Assembly: GCA_965116495.1 (NCBI GenBank) | Contig: OZ220696.1 | Coordinates: 1,760,001 to 1,824,000 of the forward strand | Source: Gammaproteobacteria bacterium | GTDB lineage: Bacteria; Pseudomonadota; Gammaproteobacteria; Eutrophobiales; Eutrophobiaceae | DNA length: 64,000 bases | Direction: 5' to 3' | Shown: piece after piece, positions 9,576 through 17,171 of the stretch | Layout of the letters: each line of letters starts with the position of its first letter | Numbering within the stretch: the stretch's first letter is position 1 | Made by a program: the position numbers and the translations under genes | Notes under the pieces: model-generated | Databases searched by the model: none | The model's input: only the letters and a program-made list of their open reading frames with translations | What the model was told of the DNA's origin: nothing

Positions 9576-10015
9576 CTGTGTCTCCTCCTTTCAGTAGAAA
9601 TAAGGACACAGGATACCCGTGGTTATCCACGTCAAACGCGCCGGCTATCTACCTCCCTGGGGGTGGCAGCTTTGCCGTGTAATGGGTGGCAGCTTTCGTG
9701 TGTAATGGGTGGCAGCTTTGCCGTATAATCGGTGGCAGCTTTGCCGTGAAATACGCATGTATTTCACCCGGCAAGCCAAAAAGGACGCCAGAAAACTGGC
9801 CGCTGCCGGACTCAAGGAAAAAGCCCAAGCATTGCTTGCCATTCTCCAGGAAAATCCATATCAAACCCCGCCCCCTTATGAAAAACTGTTGGGGGACTTG
9901 ACTGGAACCTACTCCCGGAGAATTAACATTCAACACCGGCTGGTCTACCAGGTACTGGATGATAAAAAAGCCGTAAAAGTGATACGTTTCTGGACGCACT
10001 ACGAATAGTAGTTCT

Positions 10016-10048
10016 GAAGGTGTTGATATCAAGTACGACGGCCCGCAC
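10016..10048 (-). pseudogene. 5' relic of PIN-domain toxin
   Basis: A GTG-started frame MRAVVLDINTF overlaps the RHH stop and resembles the PIN N-terminus xxVVLDTN. Similarity ends where the convergent yoeB ends. Confidence 0.55.
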
Positions 10049-10268
10049 GCACGGCATCCACTTCATCATCAACCAGTTCGAGAATCTCTTGTGGGTCATA
10101 GCCGGCATTCCAATCCTTGACCTGACGAACAGTAAGATCAAACACATGGCGTCGCACTGCTTCATTAACGAAGCGGGACAGGTCACCTTTCTTGCCGCCA
10201 TTACGGGCAAGAAAGGCTCGGACCGTCCGGTCTGTCACTTCAGGGATTGTGATGTTCCATCGAACCAT
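10029..10268 (-). CDS. Ribbon-helix-helix antitoxin-like protein
   Basis: VRWNITIPEVTDRTVRAFLA...KKGDLSRFVNEAV, an RHH family usually found upstream of PIN toxins. Confidence 0.75.
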   Translation of the reverse strand: MVRWNITIPEVTDRTVRAFLARNGGKKGDLSRFVNEAVRRHVFDLTVRQVKDWNAGYDPQEILELVDDEVDAVRAGRRT

Positions 10269-10271
10269 GGA

Positions 10272-10844
10272 TCACTTCCTCAGTTCAGGAAAAATTCGGT
10301 TAAAACCTATACTGATGAGAAAATCTCTCAGGCTATCTTCTACTGTACATGCCCGCTTAAGACCGTCTTCACCCGGTTGTTTATGGATAGACCTGGCATC
10401 AATCCCTTTGTAATACTCAGGCCAGACTTTTGCTAATTCTGATAATGCTGTATCGGCTGGGGGCCTTTTATTCTCACATCCGGGAAAGTGCCTCAACAGG
10501 AACGCCTCAAAATTGCTATAGACCAACTTCACATTATGCTCTGCGGCTAACGGTCTTATCTTGTTATCTCTGCCAACAGATCTGCCCAATTTATCCGAGT
10601 CCAGCATTATGGCCTTTACCAAGTAGTCTCCGTGGTTCCTTGAAGTCCGTTTCATCAGCCTGATCGACTCCTCGACTACTTTCAGTGGATCGCCCCCGCC
10701 GGTCACATTGTTGCAATCGATATGTATTGGTAAATTATGAAAATCTGCTATTAGTTGAAGATATCGTCCGTAACTTCTTTCGCTGATACCTTCGGATCCC
10801 AAGAAAATCCTTTTTCGCGTCTTTCTTCCCTGCATTGGAAACAA
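10272..10844 (-). CDS. RloB-like protein
   Basis: FLGSEGISE, GGGDP, MLDSD, SNFEAFLLRHF resemble RloB motifs; lies downstream of an AAA_21 ATPase. Confidence 0.75.
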   Translation of the reverse strand: MFPMQGRKTRKRIFLGSEGISERSYGRYLQLIADFHNLPIHIDCNNVTGGGDPLKVVEESIRLMKRTSRNHGDYLVKAIMLDSDKLGRSVGRDNKIRPLAAEHNVKLVYSNFEAFLLRHFPGCENKRPPADTALSELAKVWPEYYKGIDARSIHKQPGEDGLKRACTVEDSLRDFLISIGFNRIFPELRK

Positions 10845-10847
10845 ACC

Positions 10848-12068
10848 TCAACCGATGTTCGGCACGGCGCCGAATACACCGCCCAAGTACTTTTTATAAT
10901 AGTTGTCTACTCTTCTGACACCAGCGATGTCGTTTAACCCGTAAACCTGAGTCTTGCCGTCAGGAGTTTTCTTGGTGAAATAAATTTCCTCTTTTTCCAG
11001 ATGCTCCAGCAAAGTTGCGTTGTGGCATGCCATGAATAATTGCGCGTTATGGGGGTTGGTTCGGTCATCGTGGAACCAGCCGATGATTTCCGGCATCAGA
11101 GAAGGATGAATATCATTGTCAATTTCATCCAGGACGATTAATCCACCTGCTTCAAGCACATAATTAATATAAAGAAATAGATTATAAAATTTTTGTGTTC
11201 CCTGCGATTCCAAACCAAATAACAAAGTATCATTCAATCCGGAATGCCTGAAATAAGGTATCAACATACTGTCAGGCTTGTTGTTCGCACTTACAAAAAC
11301 CTGTTCGATGCCCAAATCCAGCATCCGTAACTTATTGTTCAGTTTTTTCAACACCTCTTCATTTGATGCATAATATTTGGTGGCTGTATTCTCCTCGAAA
11401 TCAAATTTTTGCAGTGTTGATACATTCGTGAATATAGTATTTAACACCGAATTGAAAGCATTGGAGACCGCATGGTTATATAGAACAAGCGTGGGTATGA
11501 CACTGGCATTACCCCGAAAAGTTTGAAGTGGATAATCTTTTACTTTGACTTTAAATTCAGGTGAATCCTTTATCTGTTCCCCTTCACGATGGAACAACCT
11601 GCGGAATTTGCCCTCCGGCGCAAAATACAAACTTTCTGATTTAACAACTGGATTGATTTCCGGTTTGAGTGGATTTTTATTGCCAGGATAGTAACTTATC
11701 TCCAAGCTGTATCGATAAACGCAAGGCTTTTCTCCCTCTATCAAATCACCGTCGTATTCAACTTCAAATCGTGAAATACCATGCTGTCCCTCAGAATCGG
11801 CGAACGGCAACAAGGGCAAATCATTTGTTGGTGGCTGATTAAACGATTCGGTTAAAAACCACTTTAAAAACCCCAACGCCCGCAATATAGTCGTCTTACC
11901 TGAAGCATTTGCGCCAAATATTGAAACGACCTTGGGTATCCTGGTAGAAGATATTTCTTTTTCAATGCCAAAGACGGGCAAATCCGGCGCATTGCTGGGC
12001 ACCGCAAGATCAAGAACCTGCTTATCCTTAATCGAATAGAAATTTTCGACTGATATCTTCCTTAGCAT
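10848..12068 (-). CDS. RloA-like AAA_21 / ABC-type ATPase
   Basis: ENFYSI, GANASGKT, ESQGTQK, VLDEID...HP, CHN, C-terminal YLGGVFGAVP; visibly AT-rich. Confidence 0.85.
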   Translation of the reverse strand: MLRKISVENFYSIKDKQVLDLAVPSNAPDLPVFGIEKEISSTRIPKVVSIFGANASGKTTILRALGFLKWFLTESFNQPPTNDLPLLPFADSEGQHGISRFEVEYDGDLIEGEKPCVYRYSLEISYYPGNKNPLKPEINPVVKSESLYFAPEGKFRRLFHREGEQIKDSPEFKVKVKDYPLQTFRGNASVIPTLVLYNHAVSNAFNSVLNTIFTNVSTLQKFDFEENTATKYYASNEEVLKKLNNKLRMLDLGIEQVFVSANNKPDSMLIPYFRHSGLNDTLLFGLESQGTQKFYNLFLYINYVLEAGGLIVLDEIDNDIHPSLMPEIIGWFHDDRTNPHNAQLFMACHNATLLEHLEKEEIYFTKKTPDGKTQVYGLNDIAGVRRVDNYYKKYLGGVFGAVPNIG

Positions 12069-12131
12069 GATATTACGACAAAAACTATACTTATTTGCGA
12101 ATTTAACGTGCTATTAACGCTCGTTAAATGA

Positions 12132-12160
12132 AATATAAGACAATTTTTTGTCGATGTCAA
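12132..12160 (-). promoter_or_regulatory. Sigma70 promoter of rloA-rloB-RHH
   Basis: Minus strand TTGACA-17 bp-TATATT, with a GACAA-N4-TTGTC palindrome in the spacer. Confidence 0.7.
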
Positions 12161-12176
12161 TATTTAACAGATCCTT

Positions 12177-13070
12177 TTACTCCCTCTCCAATACCCCCTG
12201 ACAAGCAGCCGGCAAATCGGCCATCATGATTTCCGGCGGTTGATCCTCCGGCGCTCGCGGCGGCGGATACAACGCCTCATCGGTAAACCACCAGTCCAAT
12301 TCTTCATCGCAGCCGTCACCCTCGGGCGGTGATTCCTGTTCGATACACGCGCCTTCATTTGGACAATGCAAACGGACATGGAAATGGGAGTCATGACCCC
12401 ACCATGGCCGCACCTTGCGCAGCCAGTCAATGTCGTCTTCTCCCACGTCCTCGCAGAGGCGGCGCTTGATTGCCGCGTTCACGAAAATGCGGGCTACGGC
12501 CTCATCTCGCGCCGCGGCTTCAATAACCTGCGAGTGCGCACCGGTCCAATAACCGTTCACATGCAACCGGTTCACCGCGACCACTGAAGGAGAACTTATC
12601 TTCTCCCGTTCCGCCACGCTCAGCTCCAGGCTGTCCGGCGCACGCAGCCAGATATCAGCATCGAGGCCGATCTGGTGCGAACGGTGACTGGAGACCATGG
12701 GCCCGCCGCGCGCATGGCTGATGTCGCCCACGTAAAGCCCGGGCCAGCCGGCAGAATGGGCTGCGCGGGACAACCGCTCTATGAATGCAATCATGTCCGG
12801 ATGGCCCCAGTTGCGGTTGCGGGACAGGCGCATCGCCTGCCAGCCCGGCCCTGATTCGGCAAGCTGTGCCGCCCCGGCCAGGCATCCCGCAGCGTAACCG
12901 CCGAGTGACGCGGGAGCTGTGCTCGTCGGCGCATCTATCGCGCTGAAGGCGAACTTGGCCGGCTGCTCTTGCTGCGCGCCGGCGCTGAATGTGAGAATGA
13001 GGCTGACGGCGAACGCCGCTACCAGCCCGTTGCGACGGACCGCCGGACAGTTTCCAGGCATGCTTTTCAA
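12177..13070 (-). CDS. mepA: Penicillin-insensitive murein endopeptidase
   Basis: GCLAGA, RNRNWGHP, GDIS...GG...HRSHQIGLDAD, HDSHFHVRLHC motifs; signal peptide. Exact start uncertain. Confidence 0.9.
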   Translation of the reverse strand: MKSMPGNCPAVRRNGLVAAFAVSLILTFSAGAQQEQPAKFAFSAIDAPTSTAPASLGGYAAGCLAGAAQLAESGPGWQAMRLSRNRNWGHPDMIAFIERLSRAAHSAGWPGLYVGDISHARGGPMVSSHRSHQIGLDADIWLRAPDSLELSVAEREKISSPSVVAVNRLHVNGYWTGAHSQVIEAAARDEAVARIFVNAAIKRRLCEDVGEDDIDWLRKVRPWWGHDSHFHVRLHCPNEGACIEQESPPEGDGCDEELDWWFTDEALYPPPRAPEDQPPEIMMADLPAACQGVLERE

Positions 13071-13146
13071 TGGGCGCTGATTTCCGTCGATTTCCGTTTC
13101 TTACTGTTCTCGACCCACTGCGATAGTATAAATACCGGTCTGCTCC

Positions 13147-13575
13147 CTATTCCTCCGGCGTAAACTCGCTCATACTGGGCGGATAGGTATCGTACTTCGG
13201 CAAATCGTCGTCGATATCGCACCAGCTTGCCTTTGACTGCCAGAAGATATGCGCGGCGTGCCCGGTTTCAACCTCCCCGTCCAGGGTGGCGGCGGTGGCG
13301 GCCAGCACTTCGCCGCCGTTGATCTCTGCGACCAGGGCGGAGCCGCACACGCTGCAGAACAGCCTGGCGGAGTGGGAACTGGACTGGTAGCGGGCCACCA
13401 GTTCCTCACCTTCCACCCAGGTGAAATTCTCCAGTGTCACCGGTTCGATATAAGTACCGAACGCGGCGCCGTGATATTTCTGGCAGAAGGTACAGTGGCA
13501 ATGGTCGATATCATCGGAGGTGGTGATTACTTCGTAGCGGATTTTCCCGCACAGGCAACTGCCATGGGTTTTCAT
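13147..13575 (-). CDS. GFA / CENP-V family zinc protein
   Basis: GSCLCG, CHCTFCQK, FCSVCGS cysteine pattern. Confidence 0.88.
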   Translation of the reverse strand: MKTHGSCLCGKIRYEVITTSDDIDHCHCTFCQKYHGAAFGTYIEPVTLENFTWVEGEELVARYQSSSHSARLFCSVCGSALVAEINGGEVLAATAATLDGEVETGHAAHIFWQSKASWCDIDDDLPKYDTYPPSMSEFTPEE

Positions 13576-13622
13576 GGTTGTCTTTTTTCAGCTTGATATT
13601 TTTTGATGGTAGAGAGCCGATA

Positions 13623-13853
13623 TTATGCCTTTTTAGGGAAGCATAAGTAAGACTGGATTCCCGCTTGCGCGGGAATGACGGCCGGGTTCCTGCTCGCGGT
13701 GGTTTCCTGCTCGCGCAGGAGCGTGTAAAGCGGCAGGATACCGGTCTCTTCGATAACCTTGAATAAAGGCAGGGCGAAATCACCGGGAATGCCGAAGATC
13801 TCCTTGACCCCATAGCCTTTCAAGGCCTTGAGCAATTGCTCGGCAAGATTCAT
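13623..13853 (-). pseudogene. Indolepyruvate/phenylpyruvate decarboxylase N-terminal fragment
   Basis: MNLAEQLLKALK...FGIPGDFALPLFKVIEETGILPLYTL matches the ThDP decarboxylase N-terminus. It diverges after about 45 codons and runs into a palindromic repeat. Confidence 0.8.
13653..13680. repeat. CGTC-ended REP-like palindrome
   Basis: CTGGATTCCCGC-TTGC-GCGGGAATGACG; related copies at 25101 and 46484. Confidence 0.8.
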
Positions 13854-13978
13854 TCGTCATCCTGTCCTGTCAGGGTATTTGCATTCCTTCGAGCGCGCCA
13901 AACGGCAGGGCCAAATACGGTGATGGCGCCAGATAGCGCTTCAAATCCGGCAGAACACTCCGTCTCTCCGGGTTTAAT

Positions 13979-14022
13979 GCAGGTGTGATGGAATTGGCAG
14001 ACGCGCCGGCATCAAATACCCG
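13979..14022 (+). pseudogene. Degenerate 5' half of a tRNA-Leu-like gene
   Basis: GCAGGTG-TG-ATGGAATTGGCAGACGC-GCCGG...CAA resembles a tRNA-Leu acceptor 5' strand and D-arm. The anticodon stem is broken and there is no 3' half. Confidence 0.4.
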
Positions 14023-14028
14023 ACCAAT

Positions 14029-14397
14029 TCAACCCATGTGGAAAAAATCAAGCTTGTTTCCATCAAGGTCCCTGAAATAAGCAGCGTAAAAACCCGGCAT
14101 GCGCTCTCCAGGCGCACCTTCATCCGTACCACCCAGTTCCAGGGCCTTGGCGTACAATCTATCCACCGTTTCCTTGCTGTCCACTGCCAGGGCGACCATC
14201 GTGCCATTACCTGCTGTTGCAGGATTGCCGTCAAACGGCACGATTACACCAAATAAAGGCGAGCCTTCGCCGGTACTCCAGGTAACCAGACGTTCCAGTT
14301 CAAGCGCTCTCCCAGCGCCAATTTCTCCAAGTAACGCATCATAGTAGGCAGCAGAGCGGCCCAGGTCGTTAGTTCCAATTGTTACATAACCAATCAT
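14029..14397 (-). CDS. VOC / glyoxalase family protein
   Basis: MIGYVTIGTND, GNGTMVAL, FYAAYFRDLDGNK. Confidence 0.9.
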   Translation of the reverse strand: MIGYVTIGTNDLGRSAAYYDALLGEIGAGRALELERLVTWSTGEGSPLFGVIVPFDGNPATAGNGTMVALAVDSKETVDRLYAKALELGGTDEGAPGERMPGFYAAYFRDLDGNKLDFFHMG

Positions 14398-14586
14398 AAT
14401 TACTCCTTAATGTAAAAGCCCGGTATGTTACCGTGATTAATGTATACCGCTGTATTCCGGTATTTCAGTTTATATTATTCCGTGACGCCTTATTTTGACT
14501 TTGCTTCCTTGCTCAACTCCACACCGGATATGATACCAGATTTGAATGTATCCATCCCGTACCCATCAGTAGCATAAGAATCGTTC

Positions 14587-16314
14587 CTACAGTTTCAGGA
14601 CTACCTTGGCGGTTGCAGGTTTGGCACTACAGAGTAACACCTGATTCTCTTCAGGTTGATGAGTTAAACTGACATCGTAATGTACCTTTCCTTCTTCCAG
14701 CCCGACACTGCAACTCTGGCATACACCCATACGACATGCATTAGCGGGAGATAAACCTGCGGATTCGGCAAGTTCCAGCAGTGTCAGATCTCCTTCAGCC
14801 GTCCATTGAACAGTTTTCCCCGCATGTGAAAAAACGACGGTAGCACTATCGAGTTGCCCGTGCTGGTTGCTACCACTATTGGACAGAAATGATTCCTGGA
14901 ATACGCGCTCAGGATTGGCCCCGGCACGTGCCAGCTCAGCATACAATTTGTCCCGGAACACCGGTGGACCACACATATAAATGTCGACCTCGACCAGGGG
15001 CATATCGATCCGTTTTCCTCCGTGAATGATATGGCAACCTTCCATAAAACTCTGAATATGCTCCAGGGACAGATAGCCCTTTATATGATAGTCCTCGCCA
15101 ATTTCATCATCTCCCGAGGGTTGATCATAAACATGGAGCATGGGAATCCCGTGTTCGCTCGCTATCAGGTCCAGTTCGGCGCGGAACGCCTGTACTGCAC
15201 GATTCCGGCAGCAATGGATAAAGTACAACGGTGGTGCCTTTTCGCCTCGCGCAAGGTGGGCCTTAAGCATGGAAAATAAAGGTGTGATCCCAACCCCTCC
15301 GGCTATCAGCAGTATGGGTTTGAAACCAGTGCGATCCAGCACAAAGCGCCCCATGGGCGGACTAATGGATAAATTTGAACCTGCCTTGATTTGCTCGTGC
15401 ATTAAACCGGAACCTGAGCCTTGCGGTTCCTTTTTGATGCTGAGGCGATAATGATCCGGTTCATCCTGGTAATCCGACAGGCTCCACACACGAATCAGGG
15501 GTGACCCGGCATTAACCGGGAGTTGCACGGTAAGAAATTGACCTGCCCTGTAGCCGGCTAACGGCTGATCATCCCCGGGCTTCAAAATAAAGGATTTAAC
15601 CTCGGCGGTTTCTTCAATGACCTCAGCGACGCTGAATTCACGCCAACCCTGCCAACGACCCTGGCGGGTGCGTTCCTGATCCAGGGTTTGATACAGTTTG
15701 TTGCGTAACAATAAAGCGGAGGTTTCGCTGAGTCCCGGCAAGGCAAGGATGTGTTGCAACTTCTGCTTGTCGATAGCCTTGCCGAAGATATATTGGGCAA
15801 TTTCATGAATGGTGACACTGTCTGTGGCTTTGCTGACAATTTTCACCTCATCACCGGCTTGAATCGCCCCTGTCCGCTGCACATTAAAATACACCCCGCT
15901 TTTCCCGGACAGGGCGAATTCCCTGATAAATGTTTCCGGCTGACCCATATGCCAACACAGTTTAAAACAGGGTACACGCGGGCCGGATACCTTGAGTTGA
16001 GCCTCTGCACCAATGGAAAGCACATCTCCAACCTGCAACTGCGCCTCATCCAGTCCGGCAACGGACAGGTTTTCTGCGAAATAACCCGGCGCCCACTTCA
16101 ACTTTGCATCCAGCCGCTCTGCCCAGTATTTGTAATGTTCCCGGGCAATGGCATATACAGCGTCGGTATGCACAGCTACTTCATTACCTTCGATGCCGTG
16201 CTCGTTGATCCGTATCGAACCAGTTACACGGTTTTTTAAATAGGCTGTCTTTACCGGTTGGCCGTGGATATCCAGTTCCCGTGTCTTGCCGGTGCAGATA
16301 TCAATCAGTTTCAT
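14587..16314 (-). CDS. MOSC domain + FAD/NAD-binding reductase + 2Fe-2S ferredoxin fusion
   Basis: MOSC motifs AENL and PRVPCFK; reductase motifs RVWSLS, IAGGVGITP, YMCGP; ferredoxin CRMGVCQSC...C. Confidence 0.88.
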   Translation of the reverse strand: MKLIDICTGKTRELDIHGQPVKTAYLKNRVTGSIRINEHGIEGNEVAVHTDAVYAIAREHYKYWAERLDAKLKWAPGYFAENLSVAGLDEAQLQVGDVLSIGAEAQLKVSGPRVPCFKLCWHMGQPETFIREFALSGKSGVYFNVQRTGAIQAGDEVKIVSKATDSVTIHEIAQYIFGKAIDKQKLQHILALPGLSETSALLLRNKLYQTLDQERTRQGRWQGWREFSVAEVIEETAEVKSFILKPGDDQPLAGYRAGQFLTVQLPVNAGSPLIRVWSLSDYQDEPDHYRLSIKKEPQGSGSGLMHEQIKAGSNLSISPPMGRFVLDRTGFKPILLIAGGVGITPLFSMLKAHLARGEKAPPLYFIHCCRNRAVQAFRAELDLIASEHGIPMLHVYDQPSGDDEIGEDYHIKGYLSLEHIQSFMEGCHIIHGGKRIDMPLVEVDIYMCGPPVFRDKLYAELARAGANPERVFQESFLSNSGSNQHGQLDSATVVFSHAGKTVQWTAEGDLTLLELAESAGLSPANACRMGVCQSCSVGLEEGKVHYDVSLTHQPEENQVLLCSAKPATAKVVLKL

Positions 16315-16367
16315 CCTTTTTTTATCCCAACCTGAAATGGACGGGATTAACTCCGTTTACCGCGCGT

Positions 16368-17171
16368 TCAGTAACAACTGCCGAAAAAGTCAAGCACCTG
16401 CGCGTTGAATTCCTCCGCGTACTCATGGAAAGAAAGATGGTCGGGCATGTAATGTATTCTTGCATTCGGCTGATTCTTTCTGATCCATTCACCGGCTGCC
16501 TGTTTCCATTCCTCGCGCACAATCTGCAACACCGGTATTTCCTTGTCAATCCTACCCGCTACCTCCCTGTAATCCAAGTCAAAACTGATTTTGATGAGTT
16601 CACAGGCAATGTGTTCCGGTGTCTTGGCAGCTTCACGGAGCATGTCTTGCACGAAGACCTCCCCGGGGGCGCCGACGTAACAATAGCGCAGGTATTCCTC
16701 AAAAAATTTCAGGTGGCCGTATTTTGCGATTAACTCAAGGCTGGCCTGCAGTTCCTCCTCCTCACCTTCTCCCCAGTCGGACCCGTTCTCCTTCATGATC
16801 TTCGGCGGTTCATCGATACTGATAAACCCGCGCACATTACCGGTGCCGTGCTTTTCGAAATAGGAATAAGCGGCCGATACGCCCATGGACCAACCGGCGA
16901 TGATGCAATTCTCTATTCCCAGCCGGGTGATGAATTCATGCAGGTCGGCGCCGTGCCGGTCGTAGTTGTTACCGTCTGCCGTGACGCTTGAATCGCCGTG
17001 ACTGCGTGGGTCATAAGCCAGGACCCGGTAGTGTTCTGCGATTGCCGGGAGATTCCTGGAAAATACCCGGGTCGTATAAGTCCAGCCCGGTATGAAAATG
17101 ACCGGCTTGCCGCTACCGTATTCTACGTAAGAGAGCGCTAATTCATCGGACAGGACGATTCGCTTTTTCAT
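16368..17171 (-). CDS. Alpha/beta hydrolase (non-heme haloperoxidase/esterase-like)
   Basis: FIPGW, YDPRSHGDS, nucleophile elbow GWSMG, C-terminal His. Confidence 0.85.
   Translation of the reverse strand: MKKRIVLSDELALSYVEYGSGKPVIFIPGWTYTTRVFSRNLPAIAEHYRVLAYDPRSHGDSSVTADGNNYDRHGADLHEFITRLGIENCIIAGWSMGVSAAYSYFEKHGTGNVRGFISIDEPPKIMKENGSDWGEGEEEELQASLELIAKYGHLKFFEEYLRYCYVGAPGEVFVQDMLREAAKTPEHIACELIKISFDLDYREVAGRIDKEIPVLQIVREEWKQAAGEWIRKNQPNARIHYMPDHLSFHEYAEEFNAQVLDFFGSCY

Larger units (their letters stand above)
7153..9757 (-). mobile_element. IS21-family insertion sequence, complete (2605 bp)
   Basis: Terminal IR TGCGTATTTCAC...GTGAAATACGCA; 7-bp target duplication TGTATTT (7146-7152, 9758-9764); subterminal CTGCCACC repeats (3 at one end, 4 at the other); istA-istB inside. 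Confidence 0.96.
7136..10008 (+). pseudogene. yoeB: Txe/YoeB toxin gene interrupted by IS21 (5' part 7136-7152, 3' part 9758-10008)
   Basis: Removing 7153-9757 and one TGTATTT copy restores VWELYFTRQAKKDARKL...PYEKLLGDLTGTYSRRINIQHRLVY...FWTHYE*. Confidence 0.9.

Noticed and set aside
9622-9631. DnaA-box-like TTATCCACG upstream of istA
   Set aside because: A single mismatched box with no other origin features; likely chance.
9658-9757. Four 22-bp-period GGTGGCAGCTTT repeats as a mini-CRISPR or iteron array
   Set aside because: They are IS21 subterminal transposase-binding repeats, mirrored in inverted form at 7153-7227. Spacers are too short and there are no cas or rep genes.
2403-12068. 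Prophage, integron or ICE
   Set aside because: No integrase, relaxase or structural genes, no convincing attC sites, and no flanking direct repeats found by eye.
13935-13955. GCTTCAAATCC as the T-arm of a permuted tRNA joined to the 5' half at 13979
   Set aside because: There is no pairing T-stem and no acceptor 3' strand complementary to GCAGGTG.
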